Origin: Octopus bimaculoides
Lineage: Eukaryota
DNA: 64,000 nucleotides
Reading direction: 5' to 3'
NCBI RefSeq assembly: GCF_001194135.2
Contig: NC_069000.1
Coordinates: forward strand, 28,526,055 to 28,590,054
Shown: piece by piece, positions 37,940 to 50,032 of the stretch
Numbering within the stretch: the stretch's first letter is position 1
Layout: each line of letters begins with the position of its first letter
The notes under the pieces: model-generated
Database searches by the model: none
Seen by the model: only the letters and a program-made list of their open reading frames with translations
What the model was told of the DNA's origin: nothing
Translations under genes and position numbers: made by a program

Positions 37940-39016
37940 TCCTTTCGTTACTAACCCGGCCGAAAAATTTTTTGGTTCATAAGACTAACCCGGCCGAGCG
38001 TACCCATTGTTATTTAAATGTATATTTGAACCTAAATCTCGTTAGTACATTCGTTAAAACACCTGATTTCACTTTGCAAACAGTTGAGTTATTGTCTCCG
38101 ACATTGTTTGGCGTGATATTTGAACTCAGTGAATTTTGGAAGATTTTTTTTCCACATTTTTTGTGGCGTTAATTTTTTCAACTTTGAAGATGGAGAGGAG
38201 TTTCATGCTATCAAGCAGTGATTCCAAATTTGAAGGCTTTTCAACAGAAGATATGGAGATATCGAAGAAAAGAATGAATGAGCGACANNNNNNNNNNNNN
38301 NNNNNNNNNNNNNNNNNNNNNNNNNNNNNNNNNNNNNNNNNNNNNNNNNNNNNNNNNNNNNNNNNNNNNNNNNNNNNNNNNNNNNNNNNNNNNNNNNNNN
38401 NNNNNNNNNNNNNNNNNNNNNNNNNNNNNNNNNNNNNNNNNNNNNNNNNNNNNNNNNNNNNNNNNNNNNNNNNNNNNNNNNNNNNNNNNNNNNNNNNNNN
38501 NNNNNNNNNNNNNNNNNNNNNNNNNNNNNNNNNNNNNNNNNNNNNNNNNNNNNNNNNNNNNNNNNNNNNNNNNNNNNNNNNNNNNNNNNNNNNNNNNNNN
38601 NNNNNNNNNNNNNNNNNNNNNNNNNNNNNNNNNNNNNNNNNNNNNNNNNNNNNNNNNNNNNNNTGCCATAAATATTATTATGGGTATTAGACAGTTACCC
38701 AGAATAACAAATTACTGGAGCGATCAGGAACCTTTTGGCGATGACTATATTTCCAGTATTATGAACGAGTACGATTCATGAAGCTGAACCAATATTTACA
38801 TGTGAGAGACACTAGCAGTACCCCAGAGACAAAAATTATACAATAGAATTGATTAAGAACCCTTTCTTTAATTATGTTCCAAATATCACATTAATATGTC
38901 GATAAATAAAAAAATTACAGGTGTTTAATGAGACTAGTCTAAATTCATGATTATTTTAGAATTTAATTGAAACTCATGAGGGGTGTATTTTGGTCAGAAA
39001 TATAGTAACGAAAGGG
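37940..39016 (+). mobile_element. Internally deleted piggyBac element (contains a gap)
   Basis: TTAA-TCCTTTCGTTACT ... AGTAACGAAAGGG-TTAA; internal relics SSDSKFEGFS and IMGIRQLPRITNYWS. Confidence 0.88.
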
Positions 39017-39041
39017 TTAATCTCAACTCTTTCTCTACTAG

Positions 39042-39285
39042 TCTATATATTTATAAATGGTAATTTCTGTCTGTCTGTCTGTTACCAACTTAGTGCCTAA
39101 ACCACCCAACCAATATTCATGAAACTTTGTATACATGTGACACGAACATCCAGTTCAATAATAGGCTAATTGTATTTCAATAAAAATCTATAATGTGACC
39201 TCCAGGGACGTTGGGCGAATTATATGATAAAATGAGAAGGTTGCAAAAAGTATAAGTCTCAGGTAGTAATAGAGGGAAAGTTTGT

Positions 39286-39327
<42 letters not shown>

Positions 39328-40476
39328 CTTATATCAGTGAAGGCGATAGCAGCAGTGAGAATAAAATGGTAATGTTAATAAAGCTGTCATACACATGCGA
39401 CGCTACATACATACTTTTGTAAATACACAGATACAACACACATACACACAGAAAGGTGGGTGTGAGGAATATGTAGCTTTAAGGAGGGAGGGGGTAGGTA
39501 GCTTTTCTGCTGTCCATCGCAAAGAAACACAACCACACACACACACACATATATGTACATACATACATATGTCTACTATACACCATTTTAAACTCGTGAT
39601 TACTTGTGTGTACTTTGTAAATTTGTGTGTATGTGTGACATCATATAACTGTCTGTCTCTCTAGATTTTAAAATTATGTCAAAATTTTCAAATTTGGTAT
39701 ATTGAAATAATTTTCCACATTAAATCTGATTTTGTTATTTATTTGTCCCTAACATCCAGTTGAATTATTGGCGAATTGGATTTCAATAAAAATCTATAAT
39801 AGGTGCCCTAGGGAGGGGGAGCTGTAGCACATGTTTACAAATCAGCTAATAAGCTGAGACACACGACAATGCCAGCTACAATATGCAGATTATTTGGTAT
39901 TTGTAAATCTATCTATTTATCTAATTTATTTTACTCAGATGCATATTCGTTTGTTAAAATATATAGGGACATTCCCTATTCACCTACTAATTGAATTAAT
40001 AGTTTGTAATACCTATTTTTAGCAATAAACTATTACCATAAACAACAGGTTGGGCATAAAGAAGGGAACTGCACTGGAAATGGAATAGGACATGGAACAG
40101 TGTAATAGTAAATGGGAACTGGAGATGACCCCTGCTTTCCTGGTATTACCAGTCAACTCATTTATTTTACTCAGATGCATATTCATTTGTTAAAATATAG
40201 GGACATTCCTTATTCAGCCACTAACCATATTAATAGTTTGTAATACCTATTTTTAGCAATAAACTATTACCATAAAGGTTAATAAAATAGTTAATGGCTT
40301 AATTACACCTAACTGATTCTAAAATTTATATATTGGCATAGGATTGGGGATAGGAATGAGAGTGGAATTAAAACAGGAACTCAACAGGGAATGGAACAGG
40401 ACATGAAACAGTGTAATGGGAATGGGAACTGGAAATAACTCCTGCTTTTCCGAGCGTTACCGGGTAATTCAGCTAG
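39042..40476 (+). mobile_element. Non-autonomous Helitron with internal duplications
   Basis: 5' TCTATATATTTATAAATG..(TCTG)n; 3' CCGAGCGTTACCGGG hairpin-like + CTAG|T at 40473-40477. Confidence 0.75.
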
Positions 40477-41228
40477 TATACAATAAATCTTTAATTCCCT
40501 AAATATTTAGTTGACCTAGTAGTTTACAATAGATCGAAAGAATTTTTTTAGTCTTTTTGCTTGGGTGTTTCTCTAACTTGTTATTTAATTTATTACTATC
40601 ATCTCCTAGATTTTCCCCTCTCATATTTAATTCATCAAATTTGGATATGTACATTGGTATTGCATTTACATCCAAGTCTGATTTCATTTAACATATGGCT
40701 TTAAATAGCAATGCTGGGCAAAATGCTTAGCAGCATTTCATCTACCTTCATATTCTGAGTTCAAATTCAACCAAGGTTGACTTTACTTTTCATCCTTTAG
40801 GGGTTGATAAAATAAGAATCAGTTGAGTATTGGGACCGATGTAATCAATTTACCCTGCCCGCCAAAATTGCTGGGTTTGTGACAAAATTTGAAACTGATA
40901 TATATGGTTTTACATAATATTTTAAAATTTTTGTATAAAATATCATATTAATTGATGCAAAAATTACACTAATTATTGAAATGATCATAACTGACTAACA
41001 ATATAGTCAGCAGCATTCCTTTATTTGTCTACATTTATACTCTGTCTTGGAAGCATCAGTCTCATAATTGGTTCCTTTCCCTAGATTTAGTTTGAATGAA
41101 ACATTTTTGTCGGATTAACTGAATAGTAATTCTAATTTTGCTTCATTTACATTATGTTAGTCTGGATTTTGCATGAGTGCTGACTGAGGTACTCACCTAT
41201 ATTTCTCAAATCCCTGTCCTCTTACCAC

Positions 41229-41289
<61 letters not shown>

Positions 41290-42199
41290 GGTGCAAGCAT
41301 TCCTGAGGAGTTATGAAGTTTGTTTCCCAACCCTGTGGTTTTGGGTTCAATCACACTACACAGTACTTTGGGCAAGTGTCTTTGATATCTACTGAAAGAA
41401 GCCCGTATGTATGTATGTACATACGTGTCTATGTATGCATGTGTGTATATATACACACATTTGGATTACATTATCCAATGTATGTTTCCTTCTTTAAGAC
41501 AGTGAGGAAGATTTGGCTGTTATTTCTAGTGGATCGACAACCCACATAGAGGTTATCTGATTGCCTCATTATTATTATTATTATTATTATTGGCTGCCAT
41601 TGTTATCATCATTATCTTCATAATTACTATTATTATCTTTAGCTGGATTAAAATCTGGCAAAAAGGAGGAAGGAAGGATAGTGTACGTAATAAGGTGTTA
41701 CTAAAATAATGTTGCTTGAAGCATTGGTTAAATAACCAAGATGTGCAGTGTGGTGTGATGTGATAATTTAGGTTTATCAAAGAAAGGTTTATTTATAAAC
41801 TGCATGATCAGAATGTCTAAGTGTATCAAAAGCTGGCATAAATGTCCACCATGTTACTAAGACAACATTATCTGATTTAAGTATATGTTTGCTGGACATG
41901 AATTTTAAAAGGAATTAAGCTCATCTGCAAATGTGATTAGTACTTTAATAATGGGGGAAATAAAAACTTGCCCAAAGAAAATAGATTCTAATTATTAATT
42001 ACTGATATGATCTTATATTTCATTAAAAAAAATTCTTTTTTCATTCATATAACTGTAAGCCTTGTAAGGCTATACATATACAGGTTGCTTGTTTAGCTCT
42101 GGGTCTGTCCTGATTTATTCAAGCTGTGATTATCACAGTAAGTAAAATCCCTATCTGATGACAGGCAAGGAGGCTGTCCTTTTAACTAATATGTTGCTG

Positions 42200-42480
42200 T
42201 GAGTGCCACTAGATGACAAACCCTGGGGATGATGTTATTCCATGTTTTCCAATCTATGGCACTGGCCTTAGCATGCTTGGGGTTGAAGTGCTGTGACTTC
42301 AGGTTTTCCTCAAATTGTTTCACCCATGTCTTCATTGGTGCACTGTGCTGGATACTCCAGTGTATGGGTCACTGCTGCTACAAAAGCTGGTGTGGTAGTC
42401 TTCCAGTGCTTATCCTGCAGATGTGGCTAAACTACTGTAGCCTGCACTGCCAGACCTGGTCTTCAATGGTCTCAGATGTA
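42200..42480 (-). mobile_element. Decayed RTE-like LINE C-terminal fragment
   Basis: PMKTWVKQFEENLK..AKASAIDWKTW (cf. GRP.KTW..DL..A.DR..W). Confidence 0.55.
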
Positions 42481-43074
42481 CATATACTTACATTATTCAG
42501 TGTGCAATTCAAGGGAGATTTGCTACCTATTTCTAGCAGGTCAAGTGATTAAGCTATTATAGAGTGGGAATAACAAGACTTAGTAGTGCATCAGACAAAA
42601 TGCTTATTCATTTACTTTTCCTTTGTGTTCTGGATGTGAATCTCACTGATATTGACTTTGCCTTACATTCTGGGGTTAGTCATGTATCCAGGTTGATTAG
42701 TTGACTACCCCTCCCCACTCAAACATTTCTGGTATCATGCATTGTGTGGTAGATATCATTGGCACTAAGCACAAGTCAAGTACCATACCAATATAATTGA
42801 TTAAAGCCCTCTTCTTAAATTTGAGAACCTGTACTGATGTTCAAAACAAATATTACTGTTATCAACAAGAGCAGTAGATTTGCAGTATTTAGTTATGGCT
42901 CTTTACATTCTGAGTTTAAATTCCCCTGAAGTCAATTATTATTCATTCTGGATTGATAAAATAAAATTCCAATTAAGTACTGAGGTTGCTTTAATTGAGT
43001 AAAACCACCTCTAAAATTTGTAGCTTTGTGGACTTGTATTTACATTCACAATCATCTTCTTCACTATTACCATC

Positions 43075-43712
43075 ATCATCATCATAATTTAATGTCTACT
43101 CTCCATGTTGGCATGGGTTACATGGTTTGACTAGGGCTGATAAGCTGGAGAGCTGCACCAGGTTCCAGTCTGATTTGGCATGGTTTCTACAGCTGGATGC
43201 CCTTCCTAATGCCAGTCACTCCAGGAGTGTAATGAGTGCTTTTACGTGCCACAAACATTGGTGCCATTTACATGACACTAGCAATGACCATGACTATGAT
43301 TCATGGGTGGGTGCAATTTACATGACGCTGGCAACAACCACGACTACGATTCATGGGTGCCATTTGCATGGCACCGGCAATGACTATGACTCATGGGTGC
43401 CATTTACATGGCACCGCCAACAACTATAATTCCCAAGTAGAAATTTATATGGCACTGTCGTGGACCATGACTACGATGCACAGGTGTCATTTACATGGCA
43501 TCAACATCGACCATGATGATTCATAGGTGCCATTTACATGGTGCAATCAACGACCACAACTATGATGCACGTGTGCCATTTACATCGTATTGGCAGTGAA
43601 CAACCATGACTACAATTCATGGGTGTCATGTAAATGGCACTGGCAACAACCACGACTACAAGGCACAGGTGCCATTAACATGACACTGGAACAGTCACAA
43701 CTATGATTTCAC
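43075..43712 (-). mobile_element. RTE-type LINE 3' UTR with an expanded about 45-bp hairpin minisatellite (43261-43712)
   Basis: (CAT)n tail and ctacagctggatgcccttcctaatgcca core followed by about 10 units starting GTGCCATTTACATGGCAC. Confidence 0.8.
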
Positions 43713-43719
43713 TGAAAGA

Positions 43720-44535
43720 TTGAGTGGAAGTGGTAAATGCGTACATCACATCCATCATCTATTACTGCTTGACAGTCTTCCCTTGCCCTGTTTGCTGGCT
43801 GACCAAGCTGGTGCGTTTACTCTTCCATTTTCTGTGGAAGGGGCACATTCCACTGGTCAGGTGCTCCATCTGCTGAATGGAGGGCTGGGCATGCTGTGGT
43901 TATTGATGCGCAGACATGCACAGAGGTTGCAGCATCTCTAGTGTTTCCTTGACGGTGAGCTGGTGTGGTCACCATTTTTTTCCACAGCTTGTCTCTTTGA
44001 CTGAGCTGCAATCCTGGATTAGGTGTAGACTGAGGAGGAACACTTGGCACCTCGAGTGCTGTCAAGCGCTTATAGCCCTCCACCAGGCTAGCTATGTGGT
44101 CGGTAGTAGTTCCACTTTGAAAGGGCTAAAGACAGACATTTTACTCTTTGGCCAAGCCTTCATCAACTTTTTCAAGTTTCACTTGAAAAGGAAATTGAGG
44201 GTGGAAAGAAAAGTGTTGCCTTGTAGCAAGTTTGTTGAAAGGTGGGTGAATGTTGGAAGAATGGCCAGTGTGAAAGGACCAATTCTGAGTGTATGCCTGT
44301 AAAAATGGAATCAAAGGAGAAGTGTTCTTGCCCTGTTGTTCAGGCACTCGTGGCTTTTGTGGGTTTTTCTACGAGGACCTTAAAGTACCTCCCCTATTGG
44401 GAGTTTGAATTTGTTCAATTTTTATTGTTATTACATGCAAAAACCTATTGTATCATTCTGTTTCTGTCTTTTATATTGTTGTGTGTCATTTAATGTTTTT
44501 GTATGTGAACCCTCATGGTTAATAAAAGAATAAAT
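43720..44535 (+). mobile_element. 3' fragment of a Tx1/L1-type LINE
   Basis: LKGLKTD..GQAFINFFKFHLKRKLRVERKVL..KFVERWVNVGRMA; T-rich 3' UTR ending ggttAATAAAagaataaa. Confidence 0.7.
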
Positions 44536-44869
44536 TATTATTATTATTAAGTGTAGTGGATGGCCAAATCAACAAGAGCACCGGAGAAAATATATTGTAG
44601 TATTATTGGTTAGGTACATATGTACTGACTGCAGTATAATAGATTAAATTTAAGGTGGCAGAATCATTAGCATGCCAGGCAAAATGCTTAGCAGCAGTTT
44701 GTCCATCTTTAACTTCTGGATTCAAATTCTGCTGAGGTTGACTTTGTCTTTCATCTTTTCAGGTCAATAAATTAAGTACCAGTTGAGTACTGGGGTCAAT
44801 GTAATCAACTTATGCCCATCCCCAAAATTTCGGGCCTTGTGCCTATAGCAGAAAGGATTATTATTATTA

Positions 44870-44928
<59 letters not shown>

Positions 44929-46348
44929 GGGAAGTGAGCTGGTAAAATTGTTAGCACTCTGGACAAAATGATGCTTAGTGGCATTTCTTCCAGTTTTTAA
45001 GTTCTGAATCCAAATTTTGCCAAGGTCAACTTTGCCTTTCATTCTTTCAGGTTTGATAAAATAAGTACCAGTTGAGCACTAGGATCAATGTCGATCTCAC
45101 TTCCTCAAAATGTCAGGGTTTGTGCCCAGAGTAAAAAGAAGTATTACTATTAAAAGTAATCATCATGATCATCATCGTCGTTATTATTATTAGTTTGTAA
45201 CATTGAAAATTGTGCCTTTAGAGTCATTTTAGCTATATTTTTATAGTTGTTTTGTTCGTGGTATAATCAAATAATTTGATCTCTGGTATATTACTGGTAT
45301 TCTGTCATACTCTGAGAAATGAAAGACAAAGCAGCCCAAATGGAATATGAATTAAGAACATTTAGAGAAAAAACTAAATATTTATTTAGGCTAATGTATT
45401 TAGTTCAGTGCCTGTAAACTATTTGCTCTCACAGACCCTGTAAGCTCATTGAAGCATAAATGTCACAAGAAATTGGTTATTCTGGGATCGAATCCCAGAG
45501 CATAGTAGTAATTTCTGCATGTTTCACAAACTCTTCTCACATGAAACACCAGCTAAAACAAAACCCAACAAGGCCAATTTTATGTAGTGACCCAAAAGAG
45601 AACCTCTATGTGGTGAACCTCTTGATCTACCAGCAGTAGCAAAATTTACCTAACATCCATATTAAACAAGAGTGTCTGAAACCAAATTCAGTAGTGTTAT
45701 ATTGACACTTGATTCCAAAGTAAAATACTGCATGGTCAAAGATTGAACACTTTGAATCATATGGTAACATAACCAGGTCTGACCTAAAGTTAAACAGCAA
45801 CAAAAACGCCATCAAGTGTGTGGGAGACATCTGGTGTTTCCTATGAAGTAGTTTGTTTGAGTATTGTTGGTTCCTTCACATGCACTTTGTGGCTGACCCA
45901 TCTGGGCTGTATTTTGATTAAGCAGCATTTTGATTCCGCCCATTTTGCACTAAACATTTATACTACTGCTGTTCCTTATTTTGTTATTTGATTAATATAT
46001 TGAACCTTTAAACAAAATTGAGAAAAGAAAACAAATATGGTATTTTATACAATTAATTCTCAGATTCCTACACTACTCTAATAAACTAGTACTCTGTATT
46101 AGGAGACAAAAATAAAAGAGAGAGACGGGGGGGGGGGAAAGAGTCATTAAGGTACAACATGCATATTTGTGTTGGAAATATGTGTACTGAATGTGGATGG
46201 AGGAGTATAATAACTAAATACAGATTAAAATAATGTGAACAGTAGTGATTACTAACAATCTAAACCAGCAGGCTACAGAAATAAATGCATGCATGTGTGT
46301 GTGTGTGTGTGTGTGTGCGTGTGCGTGTGTGTGTGTATACATATATAA

Positions 46349-47131
46349 CATGGAAAAATGCAAGCAAGAGGAATAATATTCTTAAGATTATAAACCTGGA
46401 AAACTACAGGGTAAGTTATTACACTTGGAAAAGTTCAGGACAAGCTATTACATCTGGTAAAGTACAGAACAAGAAAATTTTGCAGCCAAGGATAAAATTT
46501 CATATAAAATATTTAGATTTAGAAAATATTAGCTTTTATTAAAACTAAAAATATTATTACAAGTTATTACTTCTATTTGTTATTACTTGTTACTTTTATT
46601 AAATATGAAAAATAACTCAATTAAAATATTTTTTGCATTCCAAAAATATTCACTTTTTTAATGATTAATTAATAATTAGAAATTTGAAAAATAAGAGTAG
46701 TACATAATTAGTTAGTACAATAAACAGAATAATACAAAAATTAGTTATATGTTACAGTAAAATCTACCTATAACAATAAATTCACAGTTAAGTTTGCTTG
46801 AGTTATTGCCACATTTTTAGTCTTGACCCAATGCCTATTTTTTTACATAATGAATATATACTATTTTACTTTGCATAAAACTTTGGTTGTATTGGTACTT
46901 CTGGCTCTCATTTTTAAAGTATTATAGTGTGTCAATATTTTAACAAAATGGTGGTACCTTTTTTAAATTATAATGTTACTTTGTAAATTAAAATCAAATA
47001 ACTTTTAATATTCAAACTTTATCCTTAACTGCAATATTTTAAGTAAAAATTTTCTTGTTCTGTACTTTACCAGATGTAATCACTTGTCCTGAACTTTTCC
47101 AAGTGTGATAACTTGTCCTGTAGTTTTCCAG
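46349..47131. mobile_element. Second, longer copy of the sub-repeated-TIR MITE (right end truncated)
   Basis: CATGGAAAAATGCAAGCA..aatattcttaagattataaacctggaaaa..caggacaagctattac, with the inverted arm at about 47030-47131. Confidence 0.8.
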
Positions 47132-47821
47132 GCTATGCTACTGTGCTAATTAATAATGTGTCAATTAGCAGGGTCATCAATAATTTTTTCCTTACCTCAA
47201 TGATGCCAGTGATATATATATATTAAAAGTCCTCTTATAGAACTATATTCATAAAAAAGTATAAAACTATATTATCACCTCAAATTTGAGAAACAAGCAC
47301 TCATAATTTTTTTCTTTTAAAGATCAATACCATGAAATTCCTTGAATTGAGCTCTATCAGTTTAGCTTAATTAAAATATAGTTTGTTTTAAAAATAAAAA
47401 AAGATAATTATACTTAAAGCTGATTTGTTGCCTTATTTATAATTTTTTCATATTTTACCTCACAACTTTTTTGATACAAATTTTAGTTGCATGGGACCAA
47501 AACTATGAAATTCCTTATGCTTTCTTCTATCATTGAAGCTAAGATAAATATATTTTACTTTTAAAACAAAAAAGTTATTTAGATCTAAACTTGATTGGAA
47601 GTGTTATTTACTCTCCTGTAACGTTGCTACAAATCTTGACGTAAACATTTTTTCTGCTGGACCAGATCTCAATTTTTTTATGCCAAATTGTAGATAGGAA
47701 GTAGTCCTCTTCAAAAATGTTAACAGTTCATAATTTGGTTAAGAACCGAATTAGCTCTGAAAGATGCTGCATGTGAGTAAATTGCGGCCTTAAGAATATT
47801 ATTCAACTACTACTGTAGTTG

Positions 47822-47871
<50 letters not shown>

Positions 47872-47979
47872 ATATATATATACATACATACATGCATACA
47901 CACACATATATATATATATATACATATATATATACACACACACACACACATAAAAAATAATTAAGCTTCAGATGCATTG

Positions 47980-48300
47980 GGTACTTAAATTTAGGCACCA
48001 CTCCAGTCAGCCTTATAGAAATTTAGGCTGGATAGGGTTCCTGCGCCATCTGTGCGGAGTTTATCTTTAGTTAATTCCGGGCCATACATTGTCAGTTCTA
48101 TCATGTTATGGTCTGAGAAAATTGTCGGTGATATATTTACATTGTGGATAATTTCCATATTGTTTGTAAAACAGAGGTCCAGGATATTTTTCTGCCTGGT
48201 TGGAGAGAGTATGATCTGCTCCATGAACAGCATTTTTGTAAGATCAAGTAGGGATTCTGCATGATTTCACTCTTTGTGCATTATTCCTGGGGTTATATTG
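47980..48300 (-). mobile_element. CR1/L2/Jockey-type LINE endonuclease fragment
   Basis: EQIILSPTRQKNILDLCFTN..IFSDHNMI..LNFYKADW. Confidence 0.8.
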
Positions 48301-48554
48301 TGGATCCTTCATAGATATGAAGGGGTTGCGAGGACGGTTAATAGCAAAAATAAAATGGAAAAAGTGTATGTCAGTATATAGTGTGTGATATAGTGGTTAT
48401 TGAAGTGTGTCAGTCTTGAGCAAGATTCGAAACAGCTAATTGAAGTAGCTATTATTTAAATCTCAGGTTTGTCAATCAAAATAAACCATGGTACCAGAAT
48501 ATCTAGACATTATTCGCATAGAACAGTGAGAGGCAAGTCTTAGTTTGATTTTTT

Positions 48555-48734
48555 GCAACCCTAAAGATTCTGCTCATGCATTCACAGCAAACAAGGCACA
48601 AGACCAGACTTTCGATCGTGTAGGTGTTTACACATGGCCAGTTATATGTTGCTATGAGTAGAGCAACAGACTCCAGTAATTTGAAAATTAGAGTCGACCA
48701 AACAGAAAATATCGTCTACAAAGAAGTTTTGTAA
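48555..48734 (+). mobile_element. Helitron PIF1-like helicase C-terminal relic
   Basis: AHAFTANKAQDQTFDRVGVY..HGQLYVAMSRA..TENIVYKEVL-stop. Confidence 0.85.
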
Positions 48735-49196
48735 TCATATTGATCTATCGAAAGGAATAGGATTCATAATTTAAATAAAGAAATTTGTGAACTTTGAATA
48801 CAAGAGTATATACAAGTGTAAAATAGTGTAAGCAACTAAAATAAAAGTATATCTAAATAACATCTTTTCTTAATACTTTTTATGTAGTGGTCGAAGGAAG
48901 CTCTGGCATTCATTGGGAGTGGTCTGCATTCATGATACAGAGGCTGGGAGCCTATTTCAGTTGGTGAGTGAATTGTCATCACAAACACACATCATATAGC
49001 TGCAATAGAATGCTGAATCACTAACAATAATATGATTTCTCTAAGACACCACCAGTAATCTATCAAGTCCATTTACCCATTTCTCAATACATACTGCTCT
49101 TATGACTTGCCTCCCTCATTTTATCCCTCCACTGTAGATGGGTAGATTTGCTAGTATATGTAATAACACAAATACACACACACACATATATATATA

Positions 49197-49383
49197 CAGT
49201 AATCCCTCGAATATTGCAGGTGTCCTGTTCCAAAATCTCCCACAGAAATAATTAAAATCTAAAAAAGTATAAATACCAATTGGCCGCAGAAACCCGCAAT
49301 ATAAATTTATATATATTAGCAAGAAAAATCCGCGATGTACTGAGTGTGCGATAGGTGAACCACAATATGCTGAGGGATTACTG
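49197..49383. mobile_element. Tigger/pogo-type MITE
   Basis: TA-CAGTAATCCCTC ... GAGGGATTACTG-TA. Confidence 0.9.
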
Positions 49384-49440
49384 TACACATACACTACTGA
49401 AATATAAATGTATTTTGTAAAACAAATACATAAAATTATA

Positions 49441-49491
<51 letters not shown>

Positions 49492-49982
49492 TACAGCAGG
49501 CCCCTTTCAGTTTCCATCTACCAAATCCACTTATTGCACTCTTCTTTTATGAAATAATTTTTTGATTGCATGTTCTAGCCACTGATATATTCATAGATAA
49601 TTTTGAATTGTCTACAATATATCTTGCATAATGTATTTTTACATNNNNNNNNNNNNNNNNNNNNNNNNNNNNNNNNNNNNNNNNNNNNNNNNNNNNNNNN
49701 NNNNNNNNNNNNNNNNNNNNNNNNNNNNNNNNNNNNNNNNNNNNNNNNNNNNNNNNNNNNNNNNNNNNNNNNNNNNNNNNNNNNNNNNNNNNNNNNNNNN
49801 NNNNNNNNNNNNNNNNNNNNNNNNNNNNNNNNNNNNNNNNNNNNNNNNNNNNNNNNNNNNNNNNNNNNNNNNNNNNNNNNNNNNNNNNNNNNNNNNNNNN
49901 NNNNNNNNNNNNNNNNNNNNNNNNNNNNNNNNNNNNNNNNNNNNNNNNNNNNNNNNNNNNNNNNNNNNNNNNNNNNNNNNNN

Positions 49983-50032
<50 letters not shown>

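Noticed and set aside
41190-41230. Strong minus-strand donor TAG|gtgagt at about 41197
   Set aside because: Upstream sequence is a (TA)n/(TG)n microsatellite and SINE with no acceptor or sensible frame.
43261-43712. CRISPR-like repeat-spacer array with palindromic repeats
   Set aside because: The spacers are homologous to each other, the repeats are degenerate, there are no cas genes and the context is eukaryotic; it is a minisatellite within a LINE 3' UTR.
43817-44347. Minus-strand ORFs suggesting a gypsy RNase H or host protein
   Set aside because: The plus strand gives a much better match to the Tx1/L1 ORF2 C-terminus with a proper 3' UTR.
47130-47793. Possible Kolobok-type end (GCGGCC-TTAA at about 47784-47793)
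   Set aside because: No matching inverted left end found in the window.
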